From: a virus
Taxonomy: Duplodnaviria; Heunggongvirae; Uroviricota; Caudoviricetes
Virus record (IMG/VR): IMGVR_UViG_3300021387_001267
Location: 1-64,000 of that record
DNA: 64,000 bases
Direction: 5' to 3' (one strand)
In this document: in pieces, positions 26,818 to 35,350 of the stretch
Layout: each line of letters starts with the position of its first letter
Numbering within the stretch: position 1 is the first letter of the stretch
Program-made: the position numbers and the translations under genes
The notes under the pieces: model-generated
Told to the model about the DNA's origin: nothing
What the model saw: only the letters and a program-made list of their open reading frames with translations
The model's database searches: none

Positions 26818-27499
26818 CTATATGCCTCCAATTAATATTTTGAGCAGCGTCGCTTATCGTCGTTCTGTTAACACCAAATTTTCGAGCTAAAGCAGCGAAA
26901 CCAAATTCACGATCGTTCTTTTTATATACTTGACGAATATAATGGACATCGTTTTCAGTTAATTTATGAATTGGGTTGTTTTCGCCATGCATCGGAGATT
27001 CTAGCCCATAAGCAAATGCATGTTTTAAATTATCAGAACGTGTACACCACTCTAGGTTTTCAACACGATTATCGGTCTTGACTCCATTTATATGATTAAC
27101 TTGTTCGAGATTATTTTCATTCGGGATAAAACATTCTGCGATTATTCTATGAATATCTCGATTCTTTTTGTTGATAATGGTATGCCGGTATCCATCTCTG
27201 CCTATAGCGCCCTCCATCATATGCCCATGAAGGTTATAAATATTTCCAGATGGAAACGCGGCATAGTGATCTTCAACAATTTTTCCGTCCTCAAGATTGT
27301 CGCCATTAAGCTCGATGACATGCTTAAATCTATTTATTCGGTAATCATTTACTGCATTTTTAGCATCATCTTCACATTTATACGTGCCAAGATTTATACT
27401 TTTAGATTTCTCACTAACAAATGTTTCATATTTTTGATTTTCAGTTTGCCGATAGCTTTTTGCAGGAAGATTCTTTATTGCATCTTCAATTTCAGTCAT
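26810..27499 (-). CDS. HNH homing endonuclease (HNH + NUMOD-like C-terminal DNA-binding helix)
   Basis: ORF track 26810..27565; start moved to MTEIEDAI with AGGAGGAGGG SD; HNH-type stretch NLHGH...HINGVKTDNRVENLEWCTRSDN and C-terminal FGFAALARKFGVNRTTISD. Confidence 0.7.
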   Translation of the reverse strand: MTEIEDAIKNLPAKSYRQTENQKYETFVSEKSKSINLGTYKCEDDAKNAVNDYRINRFKHVIELNGDNLEDGKIVEDHYAAFPSGNIYNLHGHMMEGAIGRDGYRHTIINKKNRDIHRIIAECFIPNENNLEQVNHINGVKTDNRVENLEWCTRSDNLKHAFAYGLESPMHGENNPIHKLTENDVHYIRQVYKKNDREFGFAALARKFGVNRTTISDAAQNINWRHIDD

Positions 27500-27522
27500 T
27501 TCTGTCCCTCCTCCTAGCTTGC

Positions 27523-27705
27523 CTAGATGCCAGTTTCTCCTTTCTGAATTCGCGACAGGTAACAATCTTTACAAATCTCAGTCGTCCCTTGCAAATGAAT
27601 AATGTCCGCGACGTTGATTTCCGGGCGCGAACATTCAACGGTTAATACCACCTTGAACCAAACGCCCATTTCCTTTCCGCAAATATCGCACTTATGAATT
27701 ATCAT
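27523..27705 (-). CDS. zinc-ribbon protein
   Basis: ORF track 60 aa; CDICG...CKDC. Confidence 0.45.
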   Translation of the reverse strand: MIIHKCDICGKEMGVWFKVVLTVECSRPEINVADIIHLQGTTEICKDCYLSRIQKGETGI

Positions 27706-27866
27706 TCAGTTACCTCTTTCATCACACAAATATAACGAACCATTACTTCATCACGAAAAATACATTTATAGCATTCATTTGTGCAGGTACTGTTCGGATT
27801 TCTGCACTTAACCTTCGCCTGAGGTAATCCATAAACGCAATCTCGACAATTATTCGTGCAAGTCAA
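27702..27866 (-). CDS. Cys-rich mini-protein (TTG start), paralog of 28602..28784
   Basis: Not in track; TTG start with GGAGGGAGAG SD and TTGA overlap with upstream stop; LTCTNNCRDCVYGLPQAKVKCRNPNSTCTNECYKC aligns with MTCSNNCQHCAHGIPQSSFICLNRNSTCNGHCDKC. Confidence 0.4.
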   Translation of the reverse strand: MTCTNNCRDCVYGLPQAKVKCRNPNSTCTNECYKCIFRDEVMVRYICVMKEVTE

Positions 27867-28123
27867 TAGTACTCTCCCTCCGCCCTGAGAAGTTCAGCAT
27901 CTAGTTCCATCTCAGGATTTCTGACATACATTCTTTCATCCGGCGCCATTTCTCTGGCTTTCATCAGAAGTTCTTTACCGATAAAACCTTCCATTGTTTT
28001 ATCATTAATGGTATACAAGGTTACAGGAGGAGTGCATACATTATCATAAACAATAAACTCCTTCTTGGCCCAACTCATTTCGTCGTGATCATACTCATCT
28101 TCAGTAATTACAAATGGTTTCAT
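27863..28123 (-). CDS. hypothetical acidic protein
   Basis: ORF track 86 aa. Confidence 0.5.
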   Translation of the reverse strand: MKPFVITEDEYDHDEMSWAKKEFIVYDNVCTPPVTLYTINDKTMEGFIGKELLMKAREMAPDERMYVRNPEMELDAELLRAEGEYY

Positions 28124-28137
28124 TTAGTTTCTCCTTT

Positions 28138-28335
28138 TCAAATATAATCCTTACAGATTCGGCAATCTACACCAATTGCATCTACTATTGCCACCATACT
28201 CTCTGGAAAAGTTCTTCCATCTCGAAAATCATTCCATGAGATAACGTCCATATAATAACCGGTAACGAGGTCGCATGGATAGGATTTAATGAAATCGACA
28301 AATTCATCTCGACTTACTTTCTGCCAGTTTTTCAT
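28138..28335 (-). CDS. hypothetical protein
   Basis: ORF track 28138..28425; start moved to MKNWQKV with GGAAGGGAGA SD. Confidence 0.45.
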   Translation of the reverse strand: MKNWQKVSRDEFVDFIKSYPCDLVTGYYMDVISWNDFRDGRTFPESMVAIVDAIGVDCRICKDYI

Positions 28336-28336
28336 A

Positions 28337-28609
28337 TTAATCTCCCTTCCAAAGCATAGGACTTCCGTCAGGATTGAGCAGTACAGTAAAATTACCAGTG
28401 TTATATGTTCCACAAGATACAGCATACATGACTTTAGTATCTCGATGATATACGATTCGATATGAGTCCATACCGCTTCCTTCGACGATAATAAACATCG
28501 ATACTGGCTTTTGTGGCTTTTCGTCTACTCGCTCAATTGGCGTACCGCAGCCAATTAGAAAGAACGCAAATATCACGCAGAGTAATGCACAAATGATTCG
28601 TTTAATCAA
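28337..28609 (-). CDS. lipoprotein (signal peptide plus lipobox LIGC)
   Basis: ORF track 90 aa; MIKRIICALLCVIFAFFLIGCGTP is a Sec/SPII-type signal with a lipobox; candidate superinfection-exclusion protein. Confidence 0.55.
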   Translation of the reverse strand: MIKRIICALLCVIFAFFLIGCGTPIERVDEKPQKPVSMFIIVEGSGMDSYRIVYHRDTKVMYAVSCGTYNTGNFTVLLNPDGSPMLWKGD

Positions 28610-28784
28610 TTGGTTCTCCTTTCCTATTTACCCAATCCAATGAACAAATATAACGAATCGACTCTACAGCACTATATGAACATTTATCACAATGCCCATT
28701 GCATGTAGAATTTCGATTTAGACATATAAACGACGATTGAGGTATCCCGTGTGCACAATGTTGACAGTTGTTCGAACAGGTCAT
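28602..28784 (-). CDS. Cys-rich mini-protein, paralog of 27702..27866
   Basis: ORF track 60 aa. Confidence 0.45.
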   Translation of the reverse strand: MTCSNNCQHCAHGIPQSSFICLNRNSTCNGHCDKCSYSAVESIRYICSLDWVNRKGEPID

Positions 28785-28824
28785 TCAATTTTCCTTTCAA
28801 AAATATAAATAGGCCGCTGATTAT

Positions 28825-29055
28825 TCAACGACCTCTTTCCTCGACATTAAAACGATAATGATCATATAGATCTTCGTACGGTTTTGCATTAGCTCTGAGA
28901 TGTTCATTCAAACGGTCTGCGAATATGTTAGCATCGCTTCGATTGCGAAATACTTTAACAATTTCACAAAGATTGCTGTGCCAGCCAATATCCTGTCCGT
29001 TGCTGTCCTCATCTCGATACCAATGCTTTTTGACTACTACGTATGCTTTCATCAT
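28825..29055 (-). CDS. hypothetical protein
   Basis: ORF track 76 aa; GGAGGCGAAAATG SD. Confidence 0.5.
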   Translation of the reverse strand: MMKAYVVVKKHWYRDEDSNGQDIGWHSNLCEIVKVFRNRSDANIFADRLNEHLRANAKPYEDLYDHYRFNVEERGR

Positions 29056-29096
29056 TTTCGCCTCCTTCTATTAAGAAGGCTGTAATTATTGCGATC

Positions 29097-29495
29097 TTAC
29101 TTCTGCTTCGGTCCAAGAATGACAAGGCCAGGACTATCCATTTCCTTAACAAGAGACTCGGCTTCTTCTAGAGTGTCAAAACCAGCGATCATGGCTCCTT
29201 TGCAAACATCGCCGTGCGGACTACGATAATTTTCATCAATAACCAGATAGTCTTTGTTCCATTCGTCAACGCCTGTTTCCTTATACTTGTCTTCCAGCTC
29301 AGCAATCACATAGTCCTCATATGACTTCTTCCAGTCGACATCTACGTCCTTATTCGATCGAACGACATCGGCAGACCACAAAATAGCCCGCTCCAGCTCC
29401 TCTGTTGTAGCTCCGTTAACCGCCATATTGGTAATCAGATCAACCGCCCTCTTCATTGCACTTTTTCTTTCATCGACCACATAGTTTTTGCTCAT
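29097..29495 (-). CDS. hypothetical protein
   Basis: ORF track 132 aa; AAGGAGAATAAAGC SD. Confidence 0.5.
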   Translation of the reverse strand: MSKNYVVDERKSAMKRAVDLITNMAVNGATTEELERAILWSADVVRSNKDVDVDWKKSYEDYVIAELEDKYKETGVDEWNKDYLVIDENYRSPHGDVCKGAMIAGFDTLEEAESLVKEMDSPGLVILGPKQK

Positions 29496-29521
29496 GCTTT
29501 ATTCTCCTTTCGAAAATATAA

Positions 29522-29860
29522 TCACATACCCTCGCTGGCTCTATAGTAATCATACGATAATATTAAATCGGTAAGACCTGAGCGTAAACTATAATTTCGT
29601 TCGATAGCTTTTTGAAGTGATTCCCATGCTTCTGGAGCATTTCCTGGAATTAATTCAAGAGCTCTTTTAGACCCAATCGATTTGCCCAAAGCGAGTCCAG
29701 TTTGAAAAGCCTTATCTGTATTTACGCTTTTCTTTCCATTAGTAAATCCGAATTGATAGCAGATAAAACAGCCACCAGCAAATCCAAGCAAGCCTAATAT
29801 AAGCATGACGACCTGACTTTTTGTAATCTTTTTCTTTTCTTTTTTCTTATCGTCGCTCAT
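29522..29860 (-). CDS. membrane protein
   Basis: ORF track 112 aa; one TM (VVMLILGLLGFAGGCFICYQFGF). Confidence 0.5.
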   Translation of the reverse strand: MSDDKKKEKKKITKSQVVMLILGLLGFAGGCFICYQFGFTNGKKSVNTDKAFQTGLALGKSIGSKRALELIPGNAPEAWESLQKAIERNYSLRSGLTDLILSYDYYRASEGM

Positions 29861-29890
29861 AATTTGTTCTCCTTTTTAGATAATTTATAA

Positions 29891-30199
29891 CTATTCTGCA
29901 ACATAACACTGCTGAACAGTTATATCAGTCATAGATGTGATTTGGATATCGTTTTCTTCATCAGCATGAAAATGAAATGGACTATAGCATTGCTCGACTT
30001 CAGGATAATGTTGTTTAATATATTTGACTATGGAATCATAATCTTTAAATGCCATAGGAATAAAATTGCATTCACTTCGTATTACACGATACTCATGATC
30101 TGGATTGAAAACCGGCAATTGTTCATATTCGTGTTTCGAAACGTATGCTACGAAAACCCATCCGGGCATGTTTTTAGGTTTATAATATGGACGATCCAT
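29891..30199 (-). CDS. hypothetical protein
   Basis: ORF track 29891..30214; start MDRPYY with AAAGGAGAAT SD. Confidence 0.5.
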   Translation of the reverse strand: MDRPYYKPKNMPGWVFVAYVSKHEYEQLPVFNPDHEYRVIRSECNFIPMAFKDYDSIVKYIKQHYPEVEQCYSPFHFHADEENDIQITSMTDITVQQCYVAE

Positions 30200-30254
30200 A
30201 TATTCTCCTTTCAAAAAATATAAAAGAGCCTGCGAATTACAAGCTCCTTTATGC

Positions 30255-30554
30255 TTAGTTTTCGAAGATAGTAAACATCACCGAAGTTTCCATTGCCTCT
30301 GAATCGTCTTCACATTTGAAATAATGCGTTTCAGTATACGATACTTTTCCGTTGCTTTCTGTGCCAAAATCCTTAATTGGGATGCCGTCCTCAGACCAAG
30401 CTCCGGCTACTTCTTCATATACGACTTTCTTGTAGTCGCATCTGTCGATAAGCCGGAAAGCCTGTGACCAGCAATCCGCAATTCCAAGGAGATTCACCAT
30501 AAAACCACCGGAAAGCGCATACGATGCAATAACAACATACTTCCGTTCGTTCAT
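30255..30554 (-). CDS. hypothetical protein
   Basis: ORF track 30255..30569; start MNERKYVV with TGGAGGTAA SD. Confidence 0.5.
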   Translation of the reverse strand: MNERKYVVIASYALSGGFMVNLLGIADCWSQAFRLIDRCDYKKVVYEEVAGAWSEDGIPIKDFGTESNGKVSYTETHYFKCEDDSEAMETSVMFTIFEN

Positions 30555-30598
30555 AAACATTACCTCCATAATTTAATAATCTTCTATTATGGAAGTTG

Positions 30599-30955
30599 TT
30601 AATTTTGCGATCCTAATTCTTCTTCTGTTTCCTGCTGTGCCAACATATTATTATCACTGACATCGCAGTTTTCCAAAATACTCCAGAGTTCCGGTGCGAG
30701 CTTTGACTTCTTATTATTCTGCACAAGCTCGTTGATCTGCCCTCTTAGCATCAGATACTTTGTTTTCCAATAGCTCTTAGCGCTGTCTGTTCGGATATGA
30801 GGCATCGTGAGATCAAATATCATACGATACTCTTCTTCCGAAAGACCGAATCGGCGCTTGATTATACCAACAGTTTTTGATGGATTCTTCAGAATATAAT
30901 CCATGACAGCATTTATAGTTTTAATTTCATCAGGATCGAGAAGTGTCAGATTCAT
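30599..30955 (-). CDS. hypothetical protein
   Basis: ORF track 118 aa. Confidence 0.5.
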   Translation of the reverse strand: MNLTLLDPDEIKTINAVMDYILKNPSKTVGIIKRRFGLSEEEYRMIFDLTMPHIRTDSAKSYWKTKYLMLRGQINELVQNNKKSKLAPELWSILENCDVSDNNMLAQQETEEELGSQN

Positions 30956-30966
30956 GTTACGTCTCC

Positions 30967-32082
30967 TTAAATCGTCCGAATGGTGATACAGACTTCCACC
31001 AGCTTATCCTTGCACATGATCTTCATACCTTCCAGCTCGTCAGAATCAAGACCAATAGATCTGTAATTGGAAGTAAAGACCATCGTATGGTGGTTTGTTT
31101 CCTCAAGTTTCGGAGCCTCGGGTTCTTCAGGAATAAGATCAATGAAACCATCCTCAACAGGAATATAAAAGTCAGAAATATTGCTCTCCGGAAGTTCACC
31201 GCTCTTAGGCTTCTCCTCGGGTATTTTGGCCTCGATGCTTTTAGCGGATGGAGTCTCTTCTGCAGGATTCTCCTCCCCGATAATAGCTTTAGGTTCTTCC
31301 TTGGGTTGCTCTAGTACAGTTTCTTCCAAAGTAGATTCTCCTCTCCAATTTTTAAGAGCATCACAAAAATCTTTGTTCGCCTTCGCGGCATTGAACCCGC
31401 TCTTTCCACGCTTGATCTGCTTAAGAACTCCTGCCGCATCCAGTTTGCGTCTGAGATTGGTGGCGGGAAGCTCAAAGAGTTCTCTTTCGATAGCGGCAAA
31501 AGATACTCCATACTTATCGATGAGCGAATTCAGATAGAGAACCTTCTCATCTGTCGTGAAATTGGAGAATTCTTCGAAACTAATAAACTCAGCATCATCA
31601 ATAATATTACGCTTTCGCTGAGCTTCGGAGAGATCAATAATCTTAGCAGTCTTTTCTCGTTCGCGCCAAATCTCGATTAAATCGTGAAAGTCCTTAATGT
31701 CATCGTCGGTCACATCTAAGGCGTTAATTTTTACGATTTTCTTGTCAACGCCCTTGATCTTGAGCCGGGCCATTAGATCACGTTCGCCAAGCTCAAAGAG
31801 ATACTTACTCACCTGCTCGTGCCGGACGTGATACTTTTTGCAAAGATTATTCACATATTCGGCTTCGAGATCGGGATCCATCTTCTTGAATGTCTCATAA
31901 TCCATGAATCCACCAAGATCATATTCCTTGCACTCGCCATGCTTACGGTTGATCTCCTGCCAACTCATCGGCTTATTCCCAAGTTTCGAAACAGCCGATC
32001 CACCCTTTTTGTGATGCACACCATAGCCGGCTACCTTTCTCTCGCGATTGGTTTGTTTGAGCACCTGAGCAGCTTCGTTCAT
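30967..32082 (-). CDS. hypothetical protein with internally duplicated ~55-aa domain and acidic/Pro-rich C-terminal half
   Basis: ORF track 371 aa; two repeats (F..F....D.E..Y.N.L..KY.V.....LFEL....L...L...GV) at roughly aa 60-115 and 165-220. Confidence 0.5.
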   Translation of the reverse strand: MNEAAQVLKQTNRERKVAGYGVHHKKGGSAVSKLGNKPMSWQEINRKHGECKEYDLGGFMDYETFKKMDPDLEAEYVNNLCKKYHVRHEQVSKYLFELGERDLMARLKIKGVDKKIVKINALDVTDDDIKDFHDLIEIWREREKTAKIIDLSEAQRKRNIIDDAEFISFEEFSNFTTDEKVLYLNSLIDKYGVSFAAIERELFELPATNLRRKLDAAGVLKQIKRGKSGFNAAKANKDFCDALKNWRGESTLEETVLEQPKEEPKAIIGEENPAEETPSAKSIEAKIPEEKPKSGELPESNISDFYIPVEDGFIDLIPEEPEAPKLEETNHHTMVFTSNYRSIGLDSDELEGMKIMCKDKLVEVCITIRTI

Positions 32083-32127
32083 TAATTCCGTTCTCCTTTT
32101 ATTAAATTTTTAAAAATCAGTCGTCTA

Positions 32128-32292
32128 TTACTTGTCTTTCTTATCTTTGGTATCGGTATCCGTCTCATCGTCTCGACTCATGAGATAATATAATCTCTCA
32201 AGAGTCAGGCCGAGAGAACCGGCAATTGCCTGATCGCTCATTCCTCTCAGATGCTGCTGATTTACAAATGCGTTCAAGTCTGTTGTTTTCAT
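32128..32292 (-). CDS. small HTH protein (paralog of 19877..20191)
   Basis: ORF track 32128..32334; start MKTTDL with TAGGAGGAAAC SD; RGMSDQAIAGSLGLTLERL HTH. Confidence 0.45.
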   Translation of the reverse strand: MKTTDLNAFVNQQHLRGMSDQAIAGSLGLTLERLYYLMSRDDETDTDTKDKKDK

Positions 32293-32340
32293 TTTTTGTT
32301 TCCTCCTAAATATAGTTTGTATATTGCTGTGCACCGTACG

Positions 32341-32526
32341 TTAGAACTCCTTTGCATCAAAGTGCGAAATATAATCGGAAATCAATGTCCGTACAGTCTG
32401 CGAGATGGACAGCCCAGTAACTTCGCTGATTGATTTCAGCTTGGTATAGTCATCTTCGCTGAGCCGAAGTCGAAATGCCGACTCAAATTTTCCAGTACCT
32501 TTAGGTCTTCCGCGTTTATTTTTCAT
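32341..32526 (-). CDS. ribbon-helix-helix (Arc/CopG-like) DNA-binding protein
   Basis: ORF track 32341..32535 (TTG); moved to ATG MKNKRGRPKG. Basic N-arm followed by RLSEDDYTKLKSISEVTGLSISQTVRTLI fits a beta-strand-helix-helix fold. Divergent from the plus-strand gene. Confidence 0.55.
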   Translation of the reverse strand: MKNKRGRPKGTGKFESAFRLRLSEDDYTKLKSISEVTGLSISQTVRTLISDYISHFDAKEF

Positions 32527-32563
32527 ATATACCAACCTTCTTTTTAAATTTATTTTGAATTAA

Positions 32564-32592
32564 TTGCACAGATGAAAGATTTCTGTTAGAAT
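32564..32592 (+). promoter_or_regulatory. sigma-70-type promoter: -35 TTGCAC, 17-bp spacer, -10 TAGAAT
   Basis: Read directly from sequence; lies 15 bp upstream of the SD/ATG of the only plus-strand gene. Confidence 0.6.
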
Positions 32593-32607
32593 AGAAAATG
32601 CGAGGTG

Positions 32608-32832
32608 ATGAGAGTGTTCTACAGTGTTTTTGCTTTTCCGGATGATGCGCAGGACACGAATATGGACTTTGATGGCGATAGCTACATAGCAACCTGGACT
32701 GGTTCCGATGGTAAGCACCATTGCGAAATCCTGGATCCGGAAGAAGTAGAGACCGTCGAATGGCAAAATGCGCAATTGCCCGACGATGCTCTACAGTACT
32801 ATTCCGATGACGGCTGTTATTATCACGACTGA
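32608..32832 (+). CDS. acidic hypothetical protein, the only plus-strand gene in the window (start may be the GTG at 32614)
   Basis: ORF track 32605..32832; GAGGTGA SD; canonical promoter upstream; hairpin plus T-run terminator at ~32836-32883 downstream. Confidence 0.55.
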   Translation: MRVFYSVFAFPDDAQDTNMDFDGDSYIATWTGSDGKHHCEILDPEEVETVEWQNAQLPDDALQYYSDDGCYYHD

Positions 32833-32835
32833 AAA

Positions 32836-32883
32836 ACAAAAGAGAGACTGCTCGTAATTGAGTCAGTCCCTCTTTTTATTGTT
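32836..32883. terminator. bidirectional hairpin terminator (AGAGAGACTG...CAGTCCCTCT plus TTTTT), shared by the convergent 32608..32832 (+) and 32892..33152 (-) genes
   Basis: Inverted repeat with flanking A/T runs; near-identical copy at ~33631-33672. Confidence 0.55.
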
Positions 32884-32891
32884 GAAGAAGA

Positions 32892-33152
32892 TTACAACGC
32901 GCTCCAATTCATTGGCATCTGTCCTGTAATCTCCAGCGGGTTCAGGCCGAAATGGTCGGCGATCTTACGGACAAGATTCGCAGACGGGAGTCTCTTGCCC
33001 AGTTCATATGCACTCATGGTCGGCTGGTCAATACCAACCTTCTTCCCAAAAGCCTCCTGGGAGTATCCCATCTGTACTCTCATTCCGTACAGATTCCGAC
33101 CGGTTTTCCGATCAATAACCAGAACCTCGTTGTTGTACTTTGACATAGACAT
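32892..33152 (-). CDS. XRE/Cro-CI family HTH transcriptional regulator
   Basis: ORF track 86 aa; LYGMRVQMGYSQEAFGKKVGIDQPTMSAYELGKRLPSANLVRKIADHFGLNPLEI is a classic HTH_3 pattern. Confidence 0.65.
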   Translation of the reverse strand: MSMSKYNNEVLVIDRKTGRNLYGMRVQMGYSQEAFGKKVGIDQPTMSAYELGKRLPSANLVRKIADHFGLNPLEITGQMPMNWSAL

Positions 33153-33242
33153 AATAAATACCTCCTATAATGAATTAATAAAGTTCTTTCTTCTTCACTA
33201 TAGGAGGTGCAATTTTTGTGATTCTGTTATTTAATCAAGCAA

Positions 33243-33560
33243 TTATAGTCCGGCAAAATATACGTACAAAAACAGCAGTATAAATCCGATAGCGCATCCG
33301 ATTAGGATTCTGGAACGAACTTTATCCATACGGGCGTTCTCTTTTTGCCGGTGTTCCAGGCGCATTCTTTCAAGCTCGACGGATGCCTGCGCTTTAGCAA
33401 TTTCAGCCTCGTTGACATATCGGTTCGTAATCTCTTTTCGTTCAATGCCGTCATCCAAAAGAATTTTGGTACCGCAATAGGAACAGAAAATCTGTTCGCG
33501 TCCATCGTTGACATCGAGTGCAGCACCACATTCCGGGCATTTGACTTCGTAAGCTTTCAT
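33243..33560 (-). CDS. zinc-ribbon protein with C-terminal TM anchor
   Basis: ORF track 105 aa; CPECG...CSYCG then coiled coil then ILIGCAIGFILLFLYVYFAGL. Confidence 0.5.
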   Translation of the reverse strand: MKAYEVKCPECGAALDVNDGREQIFCSYCGTKILLDDGIERKEITNRYVNEAEIAKAQASVELERMRLEHRQKENARMDKVRSRILIGCAIGFILLFLYVYFAGL

Positions 33561-33681
33561 TTTGATTCGTTCTGCCTCCTTTCTTTAAGCTCAATTTTAA
33601 CATGACTTTTTCGTATCTGCAACATCAATGATAAAACAAAAGAGAAACTGCTCGTAATTTGAACAGTTTCTCAATGTGGTT

Positions 33682-33864
33682 TCATGTCGTAGATTCTTCG
33701 TGTCCTCGTGCCGCCCGGATAATGGCAATTACGATCAGCGAAACCGTCGTGCTGATCAGGTGGGTCAGAACAGCCCGAACAACGGACCGCCCAATCACCC
33801 GAGGCATCGGCTTCAGATAATGATCATATGTGCTTTTTCCAATAATAGCAAGAGTATTTTTCAT
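33682..33864 (-). CDS. small membrane protein (60 aa)
   Basis: ORF track 33682..33924; start MKNTLAIIG with AAGGAGGAT SD. Confidence 0.45.
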   Translation of the reverse strand: MKNTLAIIGKSTYDHYLKPMPRVIGRSVVRAVLTHLISTTVSLIVIAIIRAARGHEESTT

Positions 33865-33974
33865 GATAGAATCCTCCTTAATAATATTATTCCCATTATA
33901 TGAAATGCAGTTTTTGTGATTCATTTAATACAGGAATAACAGAAGCAGACTGTAATAGCCTGCTTCCATTGTAC

Positions 33975-34343
33975 TTACTTGAGAAGCCCCATGTCTGCGA
34001 GTACTTCGCCGCGGGATTCACCGTTCTTTACTCGGTGTTCAATCTCCAGAAGTTCCCTGCTGGTGAGCTCTCTGCGAAGCTTCCACCAGTGTCCCTCTAC
34101 AGGATCCCACATCTCGGTCTTCCGGTGATTATCGTCAGCCCGTCTTGCGCGTCTCTTGCTGGCCATCTTTACAACTTCGACGGCCGCAGGGACCGCAACA
34201 GATCCAACCGCGATAACAGTTTCCTTGTTTTCCTTAATGATCTCCCATTTTTCGGAACACCAGGCTTTCGCATCTGCCCAGGTCTCCTTCAGAGTTCTCT
34301 TTCTGGGATTTCCATTCTCATCCACATAAACAACGTTACCCAT
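33975..34343 (-). CDS. hypothetical protein
   Basis: ORF track 122 aa; AAAGGAGAC SD. Confidence 0.5.
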   Translation of the reverse strand: MGNVVYVDENGNPRKRTLKETWADAKAWCSEKWEIIKENKETVIAVGSVAVPAAVEVVKMASKRRARRADDNHRKTEMWDPVEGHWWKLRRELTSRELLEIEHRVKNGESRGEVLADMGLLK

Positions 34344-34455
34344 TTTTAAAGTCTCCTTTCAGATATAAATATTTGATTTCCCATTAAATGCATTGCAGTT
34401 TTTGTGAAAAAAAGAAAGCGACTGTAGAAGCCGCCTTCTTCGAGGAGTAGAGGGA

Positions 34456-34746
34456 TTAATTATCGTTATTCTTTTCTTTCCTATACTCGCGGAGTCCAAA
34501 CTGTATGGTATCAATAAGTATTGCCAGGCCAACTCCGCAGCACCCAACGCTGAGCATCGTGCGCCATTCGGATCCGTACCACCATTGTAGATACTCGGAA
34601 TAGGAAAATCCGAAATGACCCCAAATTTTGTCATACCATTCGGATAATCCAAATCCGTAATAAATTCCAAGAAATACGGCTTCGATCGCAATAATTACAG
34701 CAGTAATCTGCAGTTTTTCCTTTACGTTCTTCATGATGTTTTCCAT
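34456..34746 (-). CDS. membrane protein (3 predicted TM)
   Basis: ORF track 96 aa; AAAGGAGATAAT SD. Confidence 0.5.
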   Translation of the reverse strand: MENIMKNVKEKLQITAVIIAIEAVFLGIYYGFGLSEWYDKIWGHFGFSYSEYLQWWYGSEWRTMLSVGCCGVGLAILIDTIQFGLREYRKEKNNDN

Positions 34747-34875
34747 TGTATTATCTCCTTTTCTAGTAAGTTTTAGATCTTATTTTGATCCATTCTCCTC
34801 ACTATAAAAGGTGTAATTTTTGTGAGACAAAAAAAATAATAGCTGTTAAAATAGAGAAAATGTACTATTTTTCAT

Positions 34876-35007
34876 TTACTCTTCGTCCGGGCTGTGTAGC
34901 TCTCGACAATCATCATTCCCTGCAGTGGCCTTAACCCCCGTCGAAATATCTGATTTCGGAGTCCTAGCTCCGTTCCGGCTACGAATTTCTATTATTTCAT
35001 AATTCAT
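34876..35007 (-). CDS. tiny hypothetical protein (43 aa)
   Basis: ORF track 34876..35067; start MNYEIIEI. Confidence 0.25.
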   Translation of the reverse strand: MNYEIIEIRSRNGARTPKSDISTGVKATAGNDDCRELHSPDEE

Positions 35008-35063
35008 TCTCTCTCCAATATATAAATTGCAGATTCTGTGAAAAAAGAAAGCCCGTGTAAATA

Positions 35064-35279
35064 TCACGAGCTTTTGCAGATATCTTCTGGCGGTTTTATT
35101 CCGTATTTTGCGTATACAAGTTCCAAAAGAGATGTCATATCATCCGGTGTATAGCCTTGCGTCTTTATGCCAATTGCCGAAAGCCTGATCAACATATCAG
35201 GTGCTTTAACTGCCATATCGTTCATCCACTCGCAAAACTCATCTGCCAGGGCGTTCATTTTGGTTTTTGTAATTGCCAT
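35064..35279 (-). CDS. hypothetical protein
   Basis: ORF track 71 aa; AAAGGAGGTTTTAAAT SD. Confidence 0.5.
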   Translation of the reverse strand: MAITKTKMNALADEFCEWMNDMAVKAPDMLIRLSAIGIKTQGYTPDDMTSLLELVYAKYGIKPPEDICKSS

Positions 35280-35350
35280 ATTTAAAACCTCCTTTTTGTT
35301 TCTATTATAAAGAATGCAAAAATTGCGAAAAAAAAAAGAAAGACCGGTTA

